The notes under the pieces were generated by a model. That model ran no database searches and had not been told where the DNA came from. It saw only the letters and a program-made list of their open reading frames with translations. Shown here piece by piece: positions 12,220-25,173 of a stretch of 64,000 nt of DNA. The stretch is from Basidiobolus meristosporus CBS 931.73 (Eukaryota > Fungi > Basidiobolomycota). A program made the translations under genes and the position numbers. Location: NCBI GenBank assembly GCA_002104905.1, contig MCFE01000413.1:15611-79610 (forward strand), in the 5' to 3' direction. Numbering within the stretch: the first letter of the stretch is position 1; each line of letters opens with the position of its first letter.

Positions 12220-13760
12220 TTGCTATAGTACCCCAGCTTTCTTCTTAGTACTGGCAAATTTCTGCATCTTTCAATGTAGAATTTGCACAAAAGGTGTCAG
12301 TTTACTCCTATAATAGAGACATGAACTCAGCAATGTGAAGAATTGTATTGGCCAAGTAATGAAAAGTATTTTGGAAGATTCAGGAGGTGTTCAGCCTGGC
12401 ATTTACTTGTAAGATACTAATTTTATCTGAGAAACAAGGTATGTTGCAACTTTGAAAGTATCACACCTAATAGTATAAAGTCAAGGTGATGGGGCTGTGC
12501 TACTTGCAGTGGGTATACTCATATGTAAATGTTGGTAAGCAGGAAGCCATCACTTATTTCCATTCTGGCTCCAAATGAAATGCCCATGGTAGTAATGTGT
12601 AAGCAATTAAAGAGGTGTGACTCTCTTGAAAACTCCATGGTGGTGTTAGAAATGATTAGGAGGAGAAATGAGATGATAAGCTAGGCAAATATTAGGGTGG
12701 AATCAACAGCTTCCCAACACTCTTACATATCAAAGTATCCACATTGGCTTCAAATATGCAACAATACCAATGTAACCACTGGAAGAACTGGGTAAGTAGT
12801 TCTCAAGTTACACACTGCAAAAGTATTAACACTGGGTCAATGAAGGTATTTGGATTTATGTGCTCTGATTATAAGAATATTTATCCAGAAGCAGCTTACC
12901 AATGCCAAATTAAAACATCTACAGCTTTGATGCAGGGAATTTGAGTAAGGAAATGAGCAGCTACATCCAAACTTAAGGCTGAATATGGAGATCCCTGCCA
13001 CTACTGAATGCACTCTGTACTTTATCTTGCTTGATGTGTGGAAAATATTGAACCATGCTTTACCTTTAGGGAGTTTCTATGGATCAGATCTATGGGTAGC
13101 TGGGTAGCCAGTTGGGGCTGCAAGAACTGCAATATCTCAATCTCATCAAAAATATTAGTTTCAGGTCCATTAGGATGTGCTGGGTTTGCACATGGAAGAC
13201 AGCCTGGAAGAATCAGAAAACTCTGAGCACAACAATATAAATCAGAGGACCCATGACTTTGGTATCAAGAAGCTAACCAGTGTGAGTATGCATGTAAATA
13301 GCAGAGTATTGTTAGCTTGAGTGAAATGCTGCAGGCAACTATTTCCATTAGGACTACTGTACTTAGTGTGTCTGATCTTCCTGAGTAAAAGCCCATTCTG
13401 TTGCTTGTTGATATAGAATAGGCACAACAAGGCCCAGAGCTTGCTTATAAGTGGGGAGAGGGTCCAAAAGGGTGAAAGGATATGTTGGCATAGTACTGAA
13501 AAGTATTTTGCAAATACTGATGAGGTATTTATGGCAAGAGTAGTGATATTTATGCATGTGTTTGCAAGAAGTACGTGCTTTCAGCAATAGAAGGTTTTTG
13601 ACAAATTTGCAAGAAGCACACTGAAGAGCCGCAAAGTAGGGGAATTGGTAGTAAAATATAATAATGGTGCAAAGGGAGGTGAAAAATATAGTACAATTTG
13701 GTGAGCTGGCATTAAAGTATTTTAGGCTACTCTCTGTAGGCTGCTGTACTGCCAAGACAA
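12220..13760 (-). pseudogene. Unassigned decayed coding region with Cys/His-rich N-terminus
   Basis: ORF 13363-13755 (LQCASCKF...KHMHKYHYSC...LDPLPT) followed by interrupted frames (CCAQSFLILPG). Loosely reminiscent of fungal DUF3505/OrsD-like TE proteins; not verified. Confidence 0.3.
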
Positions 13761-14218
13761 TGCCATCAGAGGTACACTTTCAGGTCAGCGGAGCACCAAT
13801 AGGTCTTTTCATCTATAATGCATTTGCAATCATTGGCTAATTGGGTAGACTTAAATAAATGCAGAAGGTATTAAGAGCATCAGAATGCCATTGAAGTCCC
13901 CCTAAGGGATAATTAAGACACTATCATGTTTTACAGTAAAAATATCAAACACTATCACAATCCTCCCATATAATTGTGAAGAGGAACCACAGTTCTAAGT
14001 TGTTGGCAAAATGATAGTCTGATAGCTGCATACTGATGACCTATCTGAGGTAAATGGATTGGCAAGCCCAGATGATTATTTATAGGTACTTGCATGAGCA
14101 CCTGCTGACTTGATGCCCATTTATGTTGCCACTACATAATTAAGACTCTTCCAGGTTGAGGGCATTAATATGTGAGCATTGCTGCTTCTGTATTATGCTT
14201 CTCTGCCCCTGTGTTGCA

Positions 14219-15060
14219 TTAGCTCTCTCTCTCATCTATTATTACCACTAGCGCATTCACTTGCACCTTGGCAGAATGCTGTTTGTCTTGTGTAATGTTT
14301 TCTCTTGATAAATGCAACACTATAGTATCTGTCTTGACCAACTTGACTCTAAAAAGCACTCCTCTTGCTACCTGTAAAGTCTTTGCTGCTTGTCTGGTGC
14401 TGACAGCCCTTTTTGTGATAGAATCTTGAGGGAGCCACTGGTGTTTAGCTGCAACAACTATACTCTTCTGTCTTTGGCATTTGGTACTATTGATGAGGCA
14501 TATTTTATGCACACCAATACAGGCCTAATACCCATTGCTTGTTTGATTACAGTATAATGATTGAGGAACAGGTCAAGTATATTCAGATTGGTCTTGAGGT
14601 ATTGATGGTCCCATGATGTGCAGCATAGAGACAGTGCCATGCCAGACATTGAATAGCCTCTTGAATATTATCCCATTCTTCATCATTGCACTCAATGGCT
14701 TCACAAATCTTCAATGCCTTTTGACTCTCAGGCTATGATATAAATATTTCTGTTCTTGCTCCTATTCTGTAATTGATCAATATGTAAGCTTTCTCTTTAG
14801 GCACTTTTTTTACTACAAAGACTGTGCAGTGCTCTTGTGCAGTTACATTGCAAAATTACTCAGTTCTTGTCTTTGACATGAGTTTATAGATCTCATACTT
14901 TGCAGCAAAAAAACTGCATTCTTGACCTGGAATAATAATTGCTCCACACATGTTACATTTTCATGCTGTGTCTGGACTGTTCCATAATCTCTCTGTGCTA
15001 TTGCACCGATCTTATTAGCCTTCACACCTACTTAATTCATTAATGCCTTGTTATATAGCT
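14219..15060 (-). pseudogene. ORF X fragment (putative CACTA accessory protein), copy 1
   Basis: Nucleotide and peptide similarity to 26080-26838 and 30930-32800. Confidence 0.55.
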
Positions 15061-15069
15061 GATTGTTAA

Positions 15070-18000
15070 ATATATGGCACTATAATCTCTACCATAATGC
15101 CAGTGGTAGGATATAGTTACTGGTAACTTTATTCAATCTTACTTATGTTGCTCAGAATAGTGCTTTGCTTGCTGTATTTACTTTTCATAATGCTCCCAAC
15201 ACATTTCTCTCAGTGGATGTCTTCTTGTATGAGTATACTGTGCATTAATAAGTATCTTGACTCTTTTACCTTTTCTGCTGCTTTCTGCTATATATGACTT
15301 TCCTCAAAATTTACCAGTCAATATGCTGAATCTCTTCAAATATACAAATGTATGCTCTACCCTCACTCTGAAATGATTAAATATCTCATTGTAGAGCTTC
15401 TGCTTCCTGCAAAGCACACAATTCCTTTGCTTCCTATATGCTGTAATACATCCAAATCTCTGACAATCCTCTCCTATATAAGCTAAGTCTACTATACATT
15501 TCTCCCCTCTACTGCATTCTAGATGATCTTCTGCCCAGAGTGCTTTGTCATGCCTACTTCCAGCAAATGGCCCACTAAACCAGATAATATTACCCTTAAT
15601 GTCATACAGTGCTGTGTTATGTTCTACCGCTTGAATGTTTAAGTTTGATCAGTTTCTTAGTCAAATCAACTAGTTATATGTTTAGCCTACCAGTATATCA
15701 GTATAATCTATCAAATCAGTAGCATTAGTCAGCAAGTGTATCAGCAGATCCTTATCTGACTGAATTAGATATATTAAGTAGGATCTTATTGTGTGATGAT
15801 GATGCAATTAAATGAGTCATCAGCCACAGCCTACATTAGGAGGTACAATTAGTCAGCAATTGATCTGGAAAAATAGATGTAAGGAGCTGTTGGAACCTCA
15901 ATAAAAATCAGTTCAAGTTTTAGTGAATACAATACTAGCTTAACTCCCTATTCCTCTACAACTCTTATACCAAGACTTGTAACATTAGTAGCAGCAATAA
16001 CCAGCAACCTCCCTCCTGAAGAAAGAAGAAACCTTCCTCAAGATGTTTGAAAATCAAGAATGGAAGAATGCTATGCAGCAAATCCTAGCCCAACAGCAAC
16101 AGCTACTCCAGATCCTTAGCCAGCAGCAACAAAGAATGACTACCACAGCCCAAAGCCAGCAAAACCCTATCAAGAGTAACTTTAGTGTGAAGGTCAACCA
16201 GTGCCATGGTAGAGTCAATGAAAACCTGGGAACTTGGCTCTTCCAGATTGAAGAAGCTTTCAAGGCTAAGAAAATTGCTCCAGAAAGCAGGTTACATTAT
16301 GCAGCCTCTTACCTGGCAGATGCAGCTTTACAATAGTACCACAACAAGATCAGGTCAGTCACCATGAAGGGATGCTTTACAATCTCTACCTGAGTTGAGT
16401 TTGTGTTGGAGATTCAAGAAGCCTTTGAACCCCCACACCAACACACACTACTAAGAAGAAAGTTGAAGACACTCAGACAGAAAGGGATGCTCCAAGAGTA
16501 CATCTATGTTTATAGAAGTCTACCTGGACAAATTGAAAGAATGGACTCTCTGGATCAAGTTGAATACTTTATTGATGGGTTGAAAGAAAGAACTTGTAAG
16601 GAAGTGAATTATTGGAGACCTCATACTATAGAAGAAGCCGTCAATATTGCCATTGACTATGACTCAGCTATGTTTGGAGTTGAGAAGCCCACAATGACTG
16701 ATCAGAGAGGCTACAATCACTATGAAAGGAGACAATAAGAAGCAGTGCCAATGGAAATAGATGCTATGCAGAAGAATCCTACCTCAGAAGAATGTAAGAC
16801 GAAGAGGCTTTGCTTTAGTTGCCACCAGCAGGGACATATTCCAAAGTACTGCCCTCAGAGAAGAAATGGACACCGGCCATCAAGAGCCTTTAGCCATATT
16901 GAAGCTGTGGAGCATAGTAGCATGGAGGATGAACCTGAAGAAGACTCATCACTCACCTTCCATATGACACAAGAATACCTATCACAGATGACCTCAAACT
17001 CAGGAAAGCAATTATAGTTGAATGGAGTAATCAATGAAGTACCTGCCAAGATCATGATTGACTCAGGAGCATCACAATAGTACATGTCAGAGCAATTTGC
17101 TTTGAATGCTGGAGTCAACTTGGAACTCACCAAATCAACTTTAGTCTCAATAGCTGATGGGAACTCTCACATAATCAACCATATTACTCAGCCAGTAAGG
17201 ATGAAGTTCAATGACTACAAAGAAGACCTACAGGCCTATATATCTGGGAACTGCAAGTTTGATCTTGTACTTGGAAAAAACTGGCAAATTTTGTAGTAAT
17301 ACGTCAATAAACTGGAGAAACCATGCTACTAAGATCCAGAAGGACAACAAGACCTATGAGCTATTACCAGCCAGACTGGATTTCAACTTGGTCAATTCCA
17401 GTGTGTGTGAAACAAGTGAACTTAGCAAGACACAGTTTTGTACAGCACTTAGAAAAGGTACCCAGATATTCCTCAGGGCAGTACTACAGGGGGATTCCTC
17501 TACTCCAGTACCACAGAAAATTCAGACTTTTTTGAAGGAATATTCAGACGTATTTCCAGATGAAGTTGTAAGCCTACCACCAGTCAGAGATGTGGATCAT
17601 GCCATTGACACAGGAGATAGCCCTCCAATGAGTAAGACACCATACCAAATGAGTCCATTGGAGTTGGAAGAGATGAAGAGAAAAATAGATCAGTAATTGG
17701 AGCAAGGATATTTCAGACCCACCAAGTCACCTTGGGGAGCACTAGTACTTTTTGTGAAGAAGAAGGATGGAGCACTTAGGATGTGCATTAACTACAGAGC
17801 CCTTAACTCAGTTACTGTGAAGAATAAGTACCCCATACCTTAGATTGATGAGCTTTTGGACCAACTCAATGGAGCCACTATATTCAGCAAGAGTGACCTC
17901 ATGTCAGGATACAACCAGACTAGGTTGAAGCCAGAAGACATCCCTACAACAGCATTCAGGAACAGATATGGATATTATAAGTACTTAGTCATGAGTTTTG

Positions 18001-20055
18001 TCCTCACCAATGCCCCTGTAACATTCATGACCCTGATGCAGACTGTCTTCCAGGAGTACTTGGATCAGTTTGGAACCATCTACTTAGATGACATATCAGT
18101 ATACAGCACAACAGAAGAGGATTGTTAGTACACATTGAAAAGGTCTTGAACAAGCTAAGAGAGAACAAGCTTAATGGCAAGCTGCCCAAGTGTGAATTCC
18201 TCAAGGAACATGTTGAATATCTGGGACACATAGTGACTTGCACAGGAGTAACCTTAGATCCTAAGAAGGTTGAAGTTATCAAGAATCTGAAGCAGCCCCA
18301 TAGTATAGCAGAACTCAGATCAATCCTTGGAATGGTCTCCTATTATTGGATATTTGTCAAGTCCTTTGCAAGTATTGCAGCTCCTTTAACTGATATCCTC
18401 AGGAAAGACAATACCTACCAGTGGGACATAGCTTGTGAGACTGCCTTTCAGACACTCAAGAATGAACTTGCTAAGCTACAAAGCTTAAGAATCATAGACT
18501 CCAGAAAAGAGTTTACTCTGTGCACCAATACTTCAGACTATGCAATTGGTGAAGTGCTGAGCCAAGAACACAAGGGAAAGGACTACCCAGTTGCCTTTGA
18601 ATCCAAGAAACAGAACTCAGCAGAACAAGACTATTCAGTGCATGAGAAGGAGATGCTTGCTATAATACACTGTTTGAAGACATGGAGATGCAATAAAGAA
18701 GGAGTCAAATGCACCGTGAAGACTGAACATGCCTCCCTCAGGTATATATTTACTCGGAAGGTACTCTCTAGATGAATGACAAGCTGAAGTGAATACATTC
18801 AGCAATTTGGGGATTGTCTACTGCACTGGGAAAAACAACATAGTTGCTGATGCCTTATCAAGATTAGAACAAGTTGCACAACTCAACTTGGTGCATGAAT
18901 CAGATTGGCCTAGCCTATTACCAAAGTACTTGGAGGACCAAGCCATTCCCAATGAGGTGGATGAAGATATCAAGAAGATAATCTGGGATGAAGCCAGCAA
19001 ATTTGTGGTTCAGGATGAAACACTCTACCAAATTGCTGATGGAAGCCCTATTGCCTATTGCCCTTATGTTGCTTGCCTGGATTTAATACATATGCTACAC
19101 AATGGATATGGACATCTTGGTATTGTAGGAACCTATAGCCTTGTGAAAGCCAGAGCATGGTGGCCCAGAGTGAAACATGACATTAAGAAGCTAGTGAAAA
19201 TATGCCCAAATTGCCAAACCAACCAAGGCCAACCACAGAGAATTGCTTAACTCTTTCCCTTGGAGCTTGTAAGACCATTTGAAAGATGGGGAATTGACTT
19301 TATTAGAAGACTGCCAACTACCAGGAAATGTGACCATTGGATCCTAGTAGCAATTGGCCATGCCCCCAAATGACCAGTTGCTAAAGCTTTAGCTATAGCC
19401 AGTGGACAAGAAGTTGCAAGTTTCATCTACCATACAATCCTTATGAAGTGTAGATGCCCTGAAGAGATTGTATCCAATAGAGGTGAAAACTTCATGGCAA
19501 AGACATTGGAAGCTTACCTGGAAATGCAGCAGATCAAACACTTCAATACCTTGGCATTTCACCCCAGAACTAATGGAGTCACTGAATGGTTCAATGGATT
19601 TTTGGGTAAAATGCAGACCAAGTATGCAAAAGGTGTTGTCAGTAGATGGGATGAGTATATAGATCAAGCACTCTTTGCATGCAGAGTCAGTGTACACAAC
19701 ACCACCCAACAATTGCCATTTAATGTGGTGTATGGATGTGAACCAAGCATTTCAGGAGATCTCACACTACTAAAGCTTACAGACACCTTAGAAGATTAAC
19801 TTGGTCAGCCAAGTAGACACCAGCAGCTGGAACAAATATGTTAAGAGGCTCAGACCAAAGTATCTCAAAGCAAATAAAAGATGGAGCAGAGATTTGATAA
19901 GACTATATCACCAGAAAAGTGTGTGAGATTGTTGTAATGGTGCAAAATTTTCCAAGAGTGATCCTGCCTACTGGTAGCTATTATATTGCACCCAATTGCT
20001 CTTAGAGACTGTGGATTGCACTGTGTGCCCTGGCATGGTACAATGGAACAAGTCT
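15070..20055. mobile_element. PIF/Harbinger-like element copy 1: transposase 3' end (15070-15614) and right end (19920-20055), interior replaced by a Gypsy
   Basis: 15070-15610 is colinear with 26960-27490. 19920-20055 is colinear with 30170-30302 and ends in the TIR ...AATGGAACAAGTCT followed by ATT. That both pieces belong to one element is inference. Confidence 0.65.
15615..19920 (+). mobile_element. Ty3/Gypsy LTR retrotransposon, 3'-truncated, degenerate
   Basis: LTR 15615-15984 (TGTTAT...TGTAACA) then PBS-like TTAGTAGCAGC; gag (WLFQIEEAF), protease (MIDSGAS), RT (NYRALN, SGYNQ, YLDDI), RNase H, integrase (GHLGI, WWP, CPNCQ, WGIDF) in PR-RT-RH-IN order; no 3' LTR. Confidence 0.9.
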
Positions 20056-20609
20056 ATTATAACAGCTTGTTGATCAGTGTGATCACTGCTACTTGTAGAT
20101 ACCTGCTACTAACAAAACTTCCAATTTAAGACCACAGGATACTCCCAGGAAACCATGCTGACAGCCAACTGACCTTGGAGGCACTACTGATTAAAAATAC
20201 CCAGAGTTAGTATCTTTTTTTATGTTTGATTTTTTCCCAAGTTTTTACATGCACAAGCAAAGATACTTTTCTGGCTTTGTAAATACTTGCCACAGCTGCA
20301 ATCTTATTAAGTCCCTGCTGTTGGAGTATACGGTTATTTTGACTTTGGAAGCTTTAGTACATCATTATTGCAAAGGACACTGAGCCCAGCACATACACTT
20401 GTTAAGATGCTTACTAAATTGGGGATTGTAGCTCAATAGTTCTCCCTTGTCAAGCTTGTAGCATTATTCCTCTTAACATTAGAGTAGGGAAAAAACTCAA
20501 GTATTTCTAGCAAGCTTCTACAACAATTATTACATCCAGTGAAAACCCATGAACAGAACACTTGAGAAGTGTTTGATGTATTTCCCCATTTGACTTATCA
20601 ACCACCACA
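20056..20609. repeat. LTR family D fragment (right part)
   Basis: Colinear with about 52175-52724, including the shared terminus ...ACCACCACA. Its left side is cut by the Harbinger right end. Confidence 0.75.
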
Positions 20610-20666
20610 GCAGCATATATCAACATGTTCAGCTTTATGCCTGTAGTATAGCTGCTCAAATCCCAT

Positions 20667-20961
20667 CAAGCTAAAAGTTTTTCTGTTAAAGCAAGTTTAG
20701 ATTAAGATAAATAACTTTGAGAAATAATTTCATCAAACCAAATTAGATTTTTATATTTGAGATAAAAAAGTTTTTAGAAAATAGTTTGTCAAGCTAAAAG
20801 TTTCTTTGTTAAAGCAAATTTGGATTTGATATAAATAACTTTAAGAAATAATTTCATCAAACCAAATTAGATTAATATATTTGAGATAAAAAAGTTTTTA
20901 AAAAATAGTTTGTCAAGCTAAAAGTTTTTTTGTTAAAGCAAATTTAGATTTGATATAAAAA
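20667..20961. repeat. AT-rich tandem repeat, about 124-bp unit, about 2.4 copies
   Basis: Unit starts CAAGCTAAAAG at 20667, 20790 and 20914; units are near-identical. Confidence 0.9.
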
Positions 20962-21695
20962 AGACTTGTTCTGTTGGATAGTGCCACATTGAGCCATGAG
21001 TGCCAAATGATGCCATAGTGTGCCAGAGTGGCCAAGTGAGCCTATACTTGGCCACAGAGTGTGAAACATAGATCTGCATCTTCACGCAAAGCAGCCCCTG
21101 TGTTTCACCTATGATGCAGGAGAAAATCCATTTTTTGATGTTTTTTTGTGGATCATTGTTATGCAGGATGTATAAGAGCATAGAAGAACTGAAGACATGC
21201 ATCAGGTACTCAATACCCATGGCACTCTGAATCTAGCTCCTGTGGCTTGTAACATGTCACAAAAATGCATGGCACTATCTTGGTCCACTGGTACTATCTG
21301 GCGCTATATTTAATTATTAGCCCTAAAGTAAGATCTATACAAAGTACTTATAGTGCCAGATAGTACCAGTGGACCAAGATAGTGCCATGCATTTTTGTGA
21401 CATGTTACAAGCCACAGGAGCTAGATTCAGAGTGCCATGGGTATTGAGTACCAAATGCATATTTTCAATCCTTTTGTGCTCTTACACATCCTGCACAACA
21501 TTGACCTAAAAAAAAAGGTCAAAAAACGGATTTTCTCCAACACAATTGGTGAAGCACAGGGGCTGCTTTGCGTGAAGATGCAGATCTATGTTTCACACTC
21601 TGTGGCCAAGTATAGGCTCACTTGGCCACTCTGGCACACTATGGCATCATTTGGCACTCATGGCTTAATGTGGCACTATCCAACAGAACAAGTCT
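20962..21695. mobile_element. Palindromic non-autonomous element (MITE/foldback) of the Harbinger-like family, copy 1
   Basis: Ends AGACTTGTTC...GAACAAGTCT (family TIR). The whole 734 bp is an inverted repeat. Core arms 21205-21308 and 21349-21452 have one mismatch around a 40-nt loop. Confidence 0.9.
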
Positions 21696-21709
21696 TTTTT
21701 ATATATATA

Positions 21710-22100
21710 GCCAAGAAGAATTACCAACAAGAAAGCAGCAATTTACTCACAAGTTGAAGGTTCAGCCAGCAGCACTACACCGCAGTGAAGTAGATGAGTT
21801 TGCAGAGAAAAGCAACTTTTTACCGCTGCCTCCATATCCTCCATTGTAGACAGAGCTGAGAACCCACTTACAGACAAAGCAACAACATCATGTACTCATA
21901 AGTATATCACAATGCCTACAGTGGAATATTCAAGCGTTGCTATGCACACCAAGAGGTTGCAGCACCACTTCAGGAGTGGTGCTCAAGAAAATGGGCTCAA
22001 ATATTGGAAGGATTTATTGTAAAGACTGGCAGATGAGGTGCTAGACCTTACAGTATTGGCTGGAGGCCAGGACACATGGGAACCAGAGAATGTGTAATGG
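21710..22100 (+). pseudogene. ORF X C-terminal fragment, copy 2
   Basis: Matches the reverse complement of 30930-31270 (VQP..LH.S.VDEFAEK, HTKRLQH.F). Confidence 0.55.
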
Positions 22101-23335
22101 CATAAAGCATTGGGGTTCCCACCAAAGTTAAGGAAAAAGGGTAGTATAGCAGAAATAGTTGATGAATAGTCAATTTCAAAGGAGTTGCATGTTGAGGGTG
22201 CAGCTGGGCTTAATGATTGTGTAGGGCATAGGGACTTGCATAGATCAATACAATTGGCAATTGAGGTACAACAGAAGTTTCAACAGAAATAAATCAATTT
22301 GTATGCATGAAAAGTAAGAAAAACAGTTAAGTCAGGAAGTAAGCTGTGTGAAAAGGAGGCAATAACCAATCAACATCCACAAATGTGGGAGTTTGAGTGT
22401 TCAGGATCAGAAAGTCTCCCATATATTTCTCCCCTGTACTAAATTCTGGATGATTCTCTATCCTGAGAGCATTGTCATGCCTACCTCCAGCAAAGGGCCC
22501 ACTGAACCAAAAGATTTTACCCTGAATGGTAGACAGTTTTTGAAACTTTGCAAAGTGTGCCTTGCATTTGCAAGAATAAAAGTATCTCCACCCTCTGGAA
22601 GGTCTTTTAATTCTCACAGCAAATTAATCAAAAATACCTCTGCTGTGGAGCCTTCTGATGAGTACTCTGCAGTATCAAAGTTGATCAGAGCTTCTGGACC
22701 TAGTATTCCAAGCTTGTGCCAAGCCATTCATACCCTCTGCAAGGAGGTTCTCCAATGCTGTCAGCTGGAACTGCAAGCAGCTAGGACTTTTGTTGCCATG
22801 AAATTTGAGTTGAAACCTTGTAGAGCAATAGCTTTTGTAATATTAGAAAGGCTCAACTAGGGATTTCCTTGAGTACATTGGGGTAAATTTTCCACAGTAC
22901 TTAGTATAGCTCTCCTGTAATGTGTCAAAAGAAAAGCAGCGGTAGTAATGGGATATATGAGAAAAGACCATTCAGATGAGTCAGGCATATCAAGATTTGT
23001 ATATGATTGCAGTGGGATGAGTTCAGTTGATCTGGCACAATCAGCTTAATTTATCTGTTTTTTTCATGCATTATAATTAAATTTTAAACAATAGCATATA
23101 TCCATCAGTATGCTGCAAAAATCTTCTTCTAGTTATGACTTGGTGCATCACTTGATGAATTACTCAGTAGTCTTGATTCCAATAGGAAATCTGCAACTGA
23201 TGTTATTTTTCTGTGTCAGTGCAATCCAAAATGCATTATGCATAACATATGGAGAACTCAATGATCACCTTAGTTTTCATATGTATTCTGTATAAGACAG
23301 AGTTGATGCCAATGTACTGCTATTTTAGTAAAAAA

Positions 23336-24035
23336 TGTTGCATGCAAGAGAAAAGTGTACTAAAACTCTTGAATGGTTTAGCTGAACCCAAGTGGCAACC
23401 AAGTGCAGTATCTTGGAATGGTCAGGGAATTGCAGAAATATTAGCAGAGAGGTTCTGGTCCAATATTGGACTTTTCTATAGCTGTGCTTAGCTATAATGG
23501 TAACAGTGCTGGTTTGCTATGCAGGCTTGGCTTGGTTTTCTTGGGAGTGTTAGATATGCTAGGCTTAGGTAAAGACTAGAATGTAATTGTTGAGTTCTTA
23601 ATTTAGCTGAGATATAATCTTGATTTTGTTGGAGGACACACTAAGCCAAAAGGTTCAGTAAACTTTGTTTATACTTTTCTGATCAAGCTGAGTTAAAAAG
23701 TGCCAAGATACTGGACTAATTGCAATCTGTTGGGGTGTTGATAGGTGCATAAGATAAGTGAAAAACTACACCATTAGTCAGCTGATGTCTTGGCAATTAC
23801 TAAGTGGTTAGATGGATCTCAGATGACTAATCACTTGGAAAGGCTAAGCATATCAGTACAGGACATAAAGACCACATGAAAATTCCTCAGGTGTGACAGC
23901 TGAAAGCAGATTCTGAGAAGTAATAATTTAAAACATTACAGGGATTAGTTATGTTTGGGTTAGGGAAAATTAGTTATTGTACTAGATTATCTATTGGAGT
24001 AAAATAGGCTGAGGTTTAAATGTTGATGCACAACA
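23336..24035. repeat. Probable solo LTR (TGTTG...CAACA, about 700 bp)
   Basis: Segment is absent from the colinear copy at about 28290-28490 and has LTR-type ends. No TSD (adjacent deletion). Confidence 0.5.
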
Positions 24036-25173
24036 CTACTCACTAATCTAGCAGAACAGGATACTCAGAGAATTGACAGAGATGAAAGAGTCCAAGTAGA
24101 AAGTTGTGGCTAGAGATCTACATCTAGATGCCAGCGGATTTATGTAAGAAGATACTTAACATGACAAGTATTGAAATCATTATTGGGGTGAGAGTGAGGT
24201 GATAGGATGAGGCAGCTGTGTGCAAGCAATTCCACATGAGACTTGTGCTGTACAGTACAGATGCATCCACTTGTGCCCCAGCTTTGGGAACCAAGGAGAT
24301 TTTGAGTGAGTTTTTGCCTCTGATGACCAATGTGCTGCATGATATATTACTAGTGCCAAGTGGAGTCCAAGAGCAATATTCACAGGACTCATGAATGCAG
24401 AAGTTTTGATATATGAGTCAGAGGGTAGTAAGTACCTTGTGAATCAGAAGGTGAGCTTCTAGAGGAAGAATACTAACCATGGGCAACTGGGTAAGGATTG
24501 CACCAGCATGCCCCGCTGGATTCTGCACTAAGCATTGCAATGTCAGCACACCAGTTCACATGAGTCCAACCCATGCCAACAACCTTTACCAGGGCACTAC
24601 AAACCAATATAACATGTGTCAGGTCATCATGTGTGCACTAGAACAAAGCTACAGAACTTATCAAATTGCTCAATTCAACATATGTCCACCAGAATAGGCT
24701 GTATTGCATTTACACATGGCATTGCATTGAGCTCAGCTAAGGGCCATGTCATAACATCAGGACTCACCTGTGCATGCATTTAGACCAGACCATCAGCATG
24801 TTACTTCTGGATATGTAGCTAACGAAGACCCACTGGAGGTACCTCCACAACAGGAGCCTTTGGCAGAAAAAAGAATATGCCAGCATGTGGCACTTTAGGC
24901 AGGTTCCATAGCATCCTCTGGAGCACCTCAGTGCAGCCAAGTGGCAGCATTGCGCTCATCAGCCAGTAAGTTGAATACTGACTATGAGAATACTGGTGGC
25001 CAAGATGATAGTCAACAATGAAACAGAACCACTATGAGTAAATACCCTGCATACTTTAACAACATCTGTGACACCAGTGCAGCCATTTGATCTATTATGC
25101 AGCAACCCAATTAGTTGCATGCCAGCTATTATACTTTGTCCAATTACCAAAGTCAGGTGGCTACTTGCGCAAT

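Noticed and set aside
20667-21695. CRISPR-like array
   Set aside because: Units are about 124-bp contiguous tandem copies with no unique spacers; eukaryotic context; no cas genes.
22040-22100. DTWEPENV at the end of ORF X resembling a chromodomain C-terminus
   Set aside because: The upstream chromodomain residues (E.IL..R, Y.VKW.G) are absent; the match is too short.
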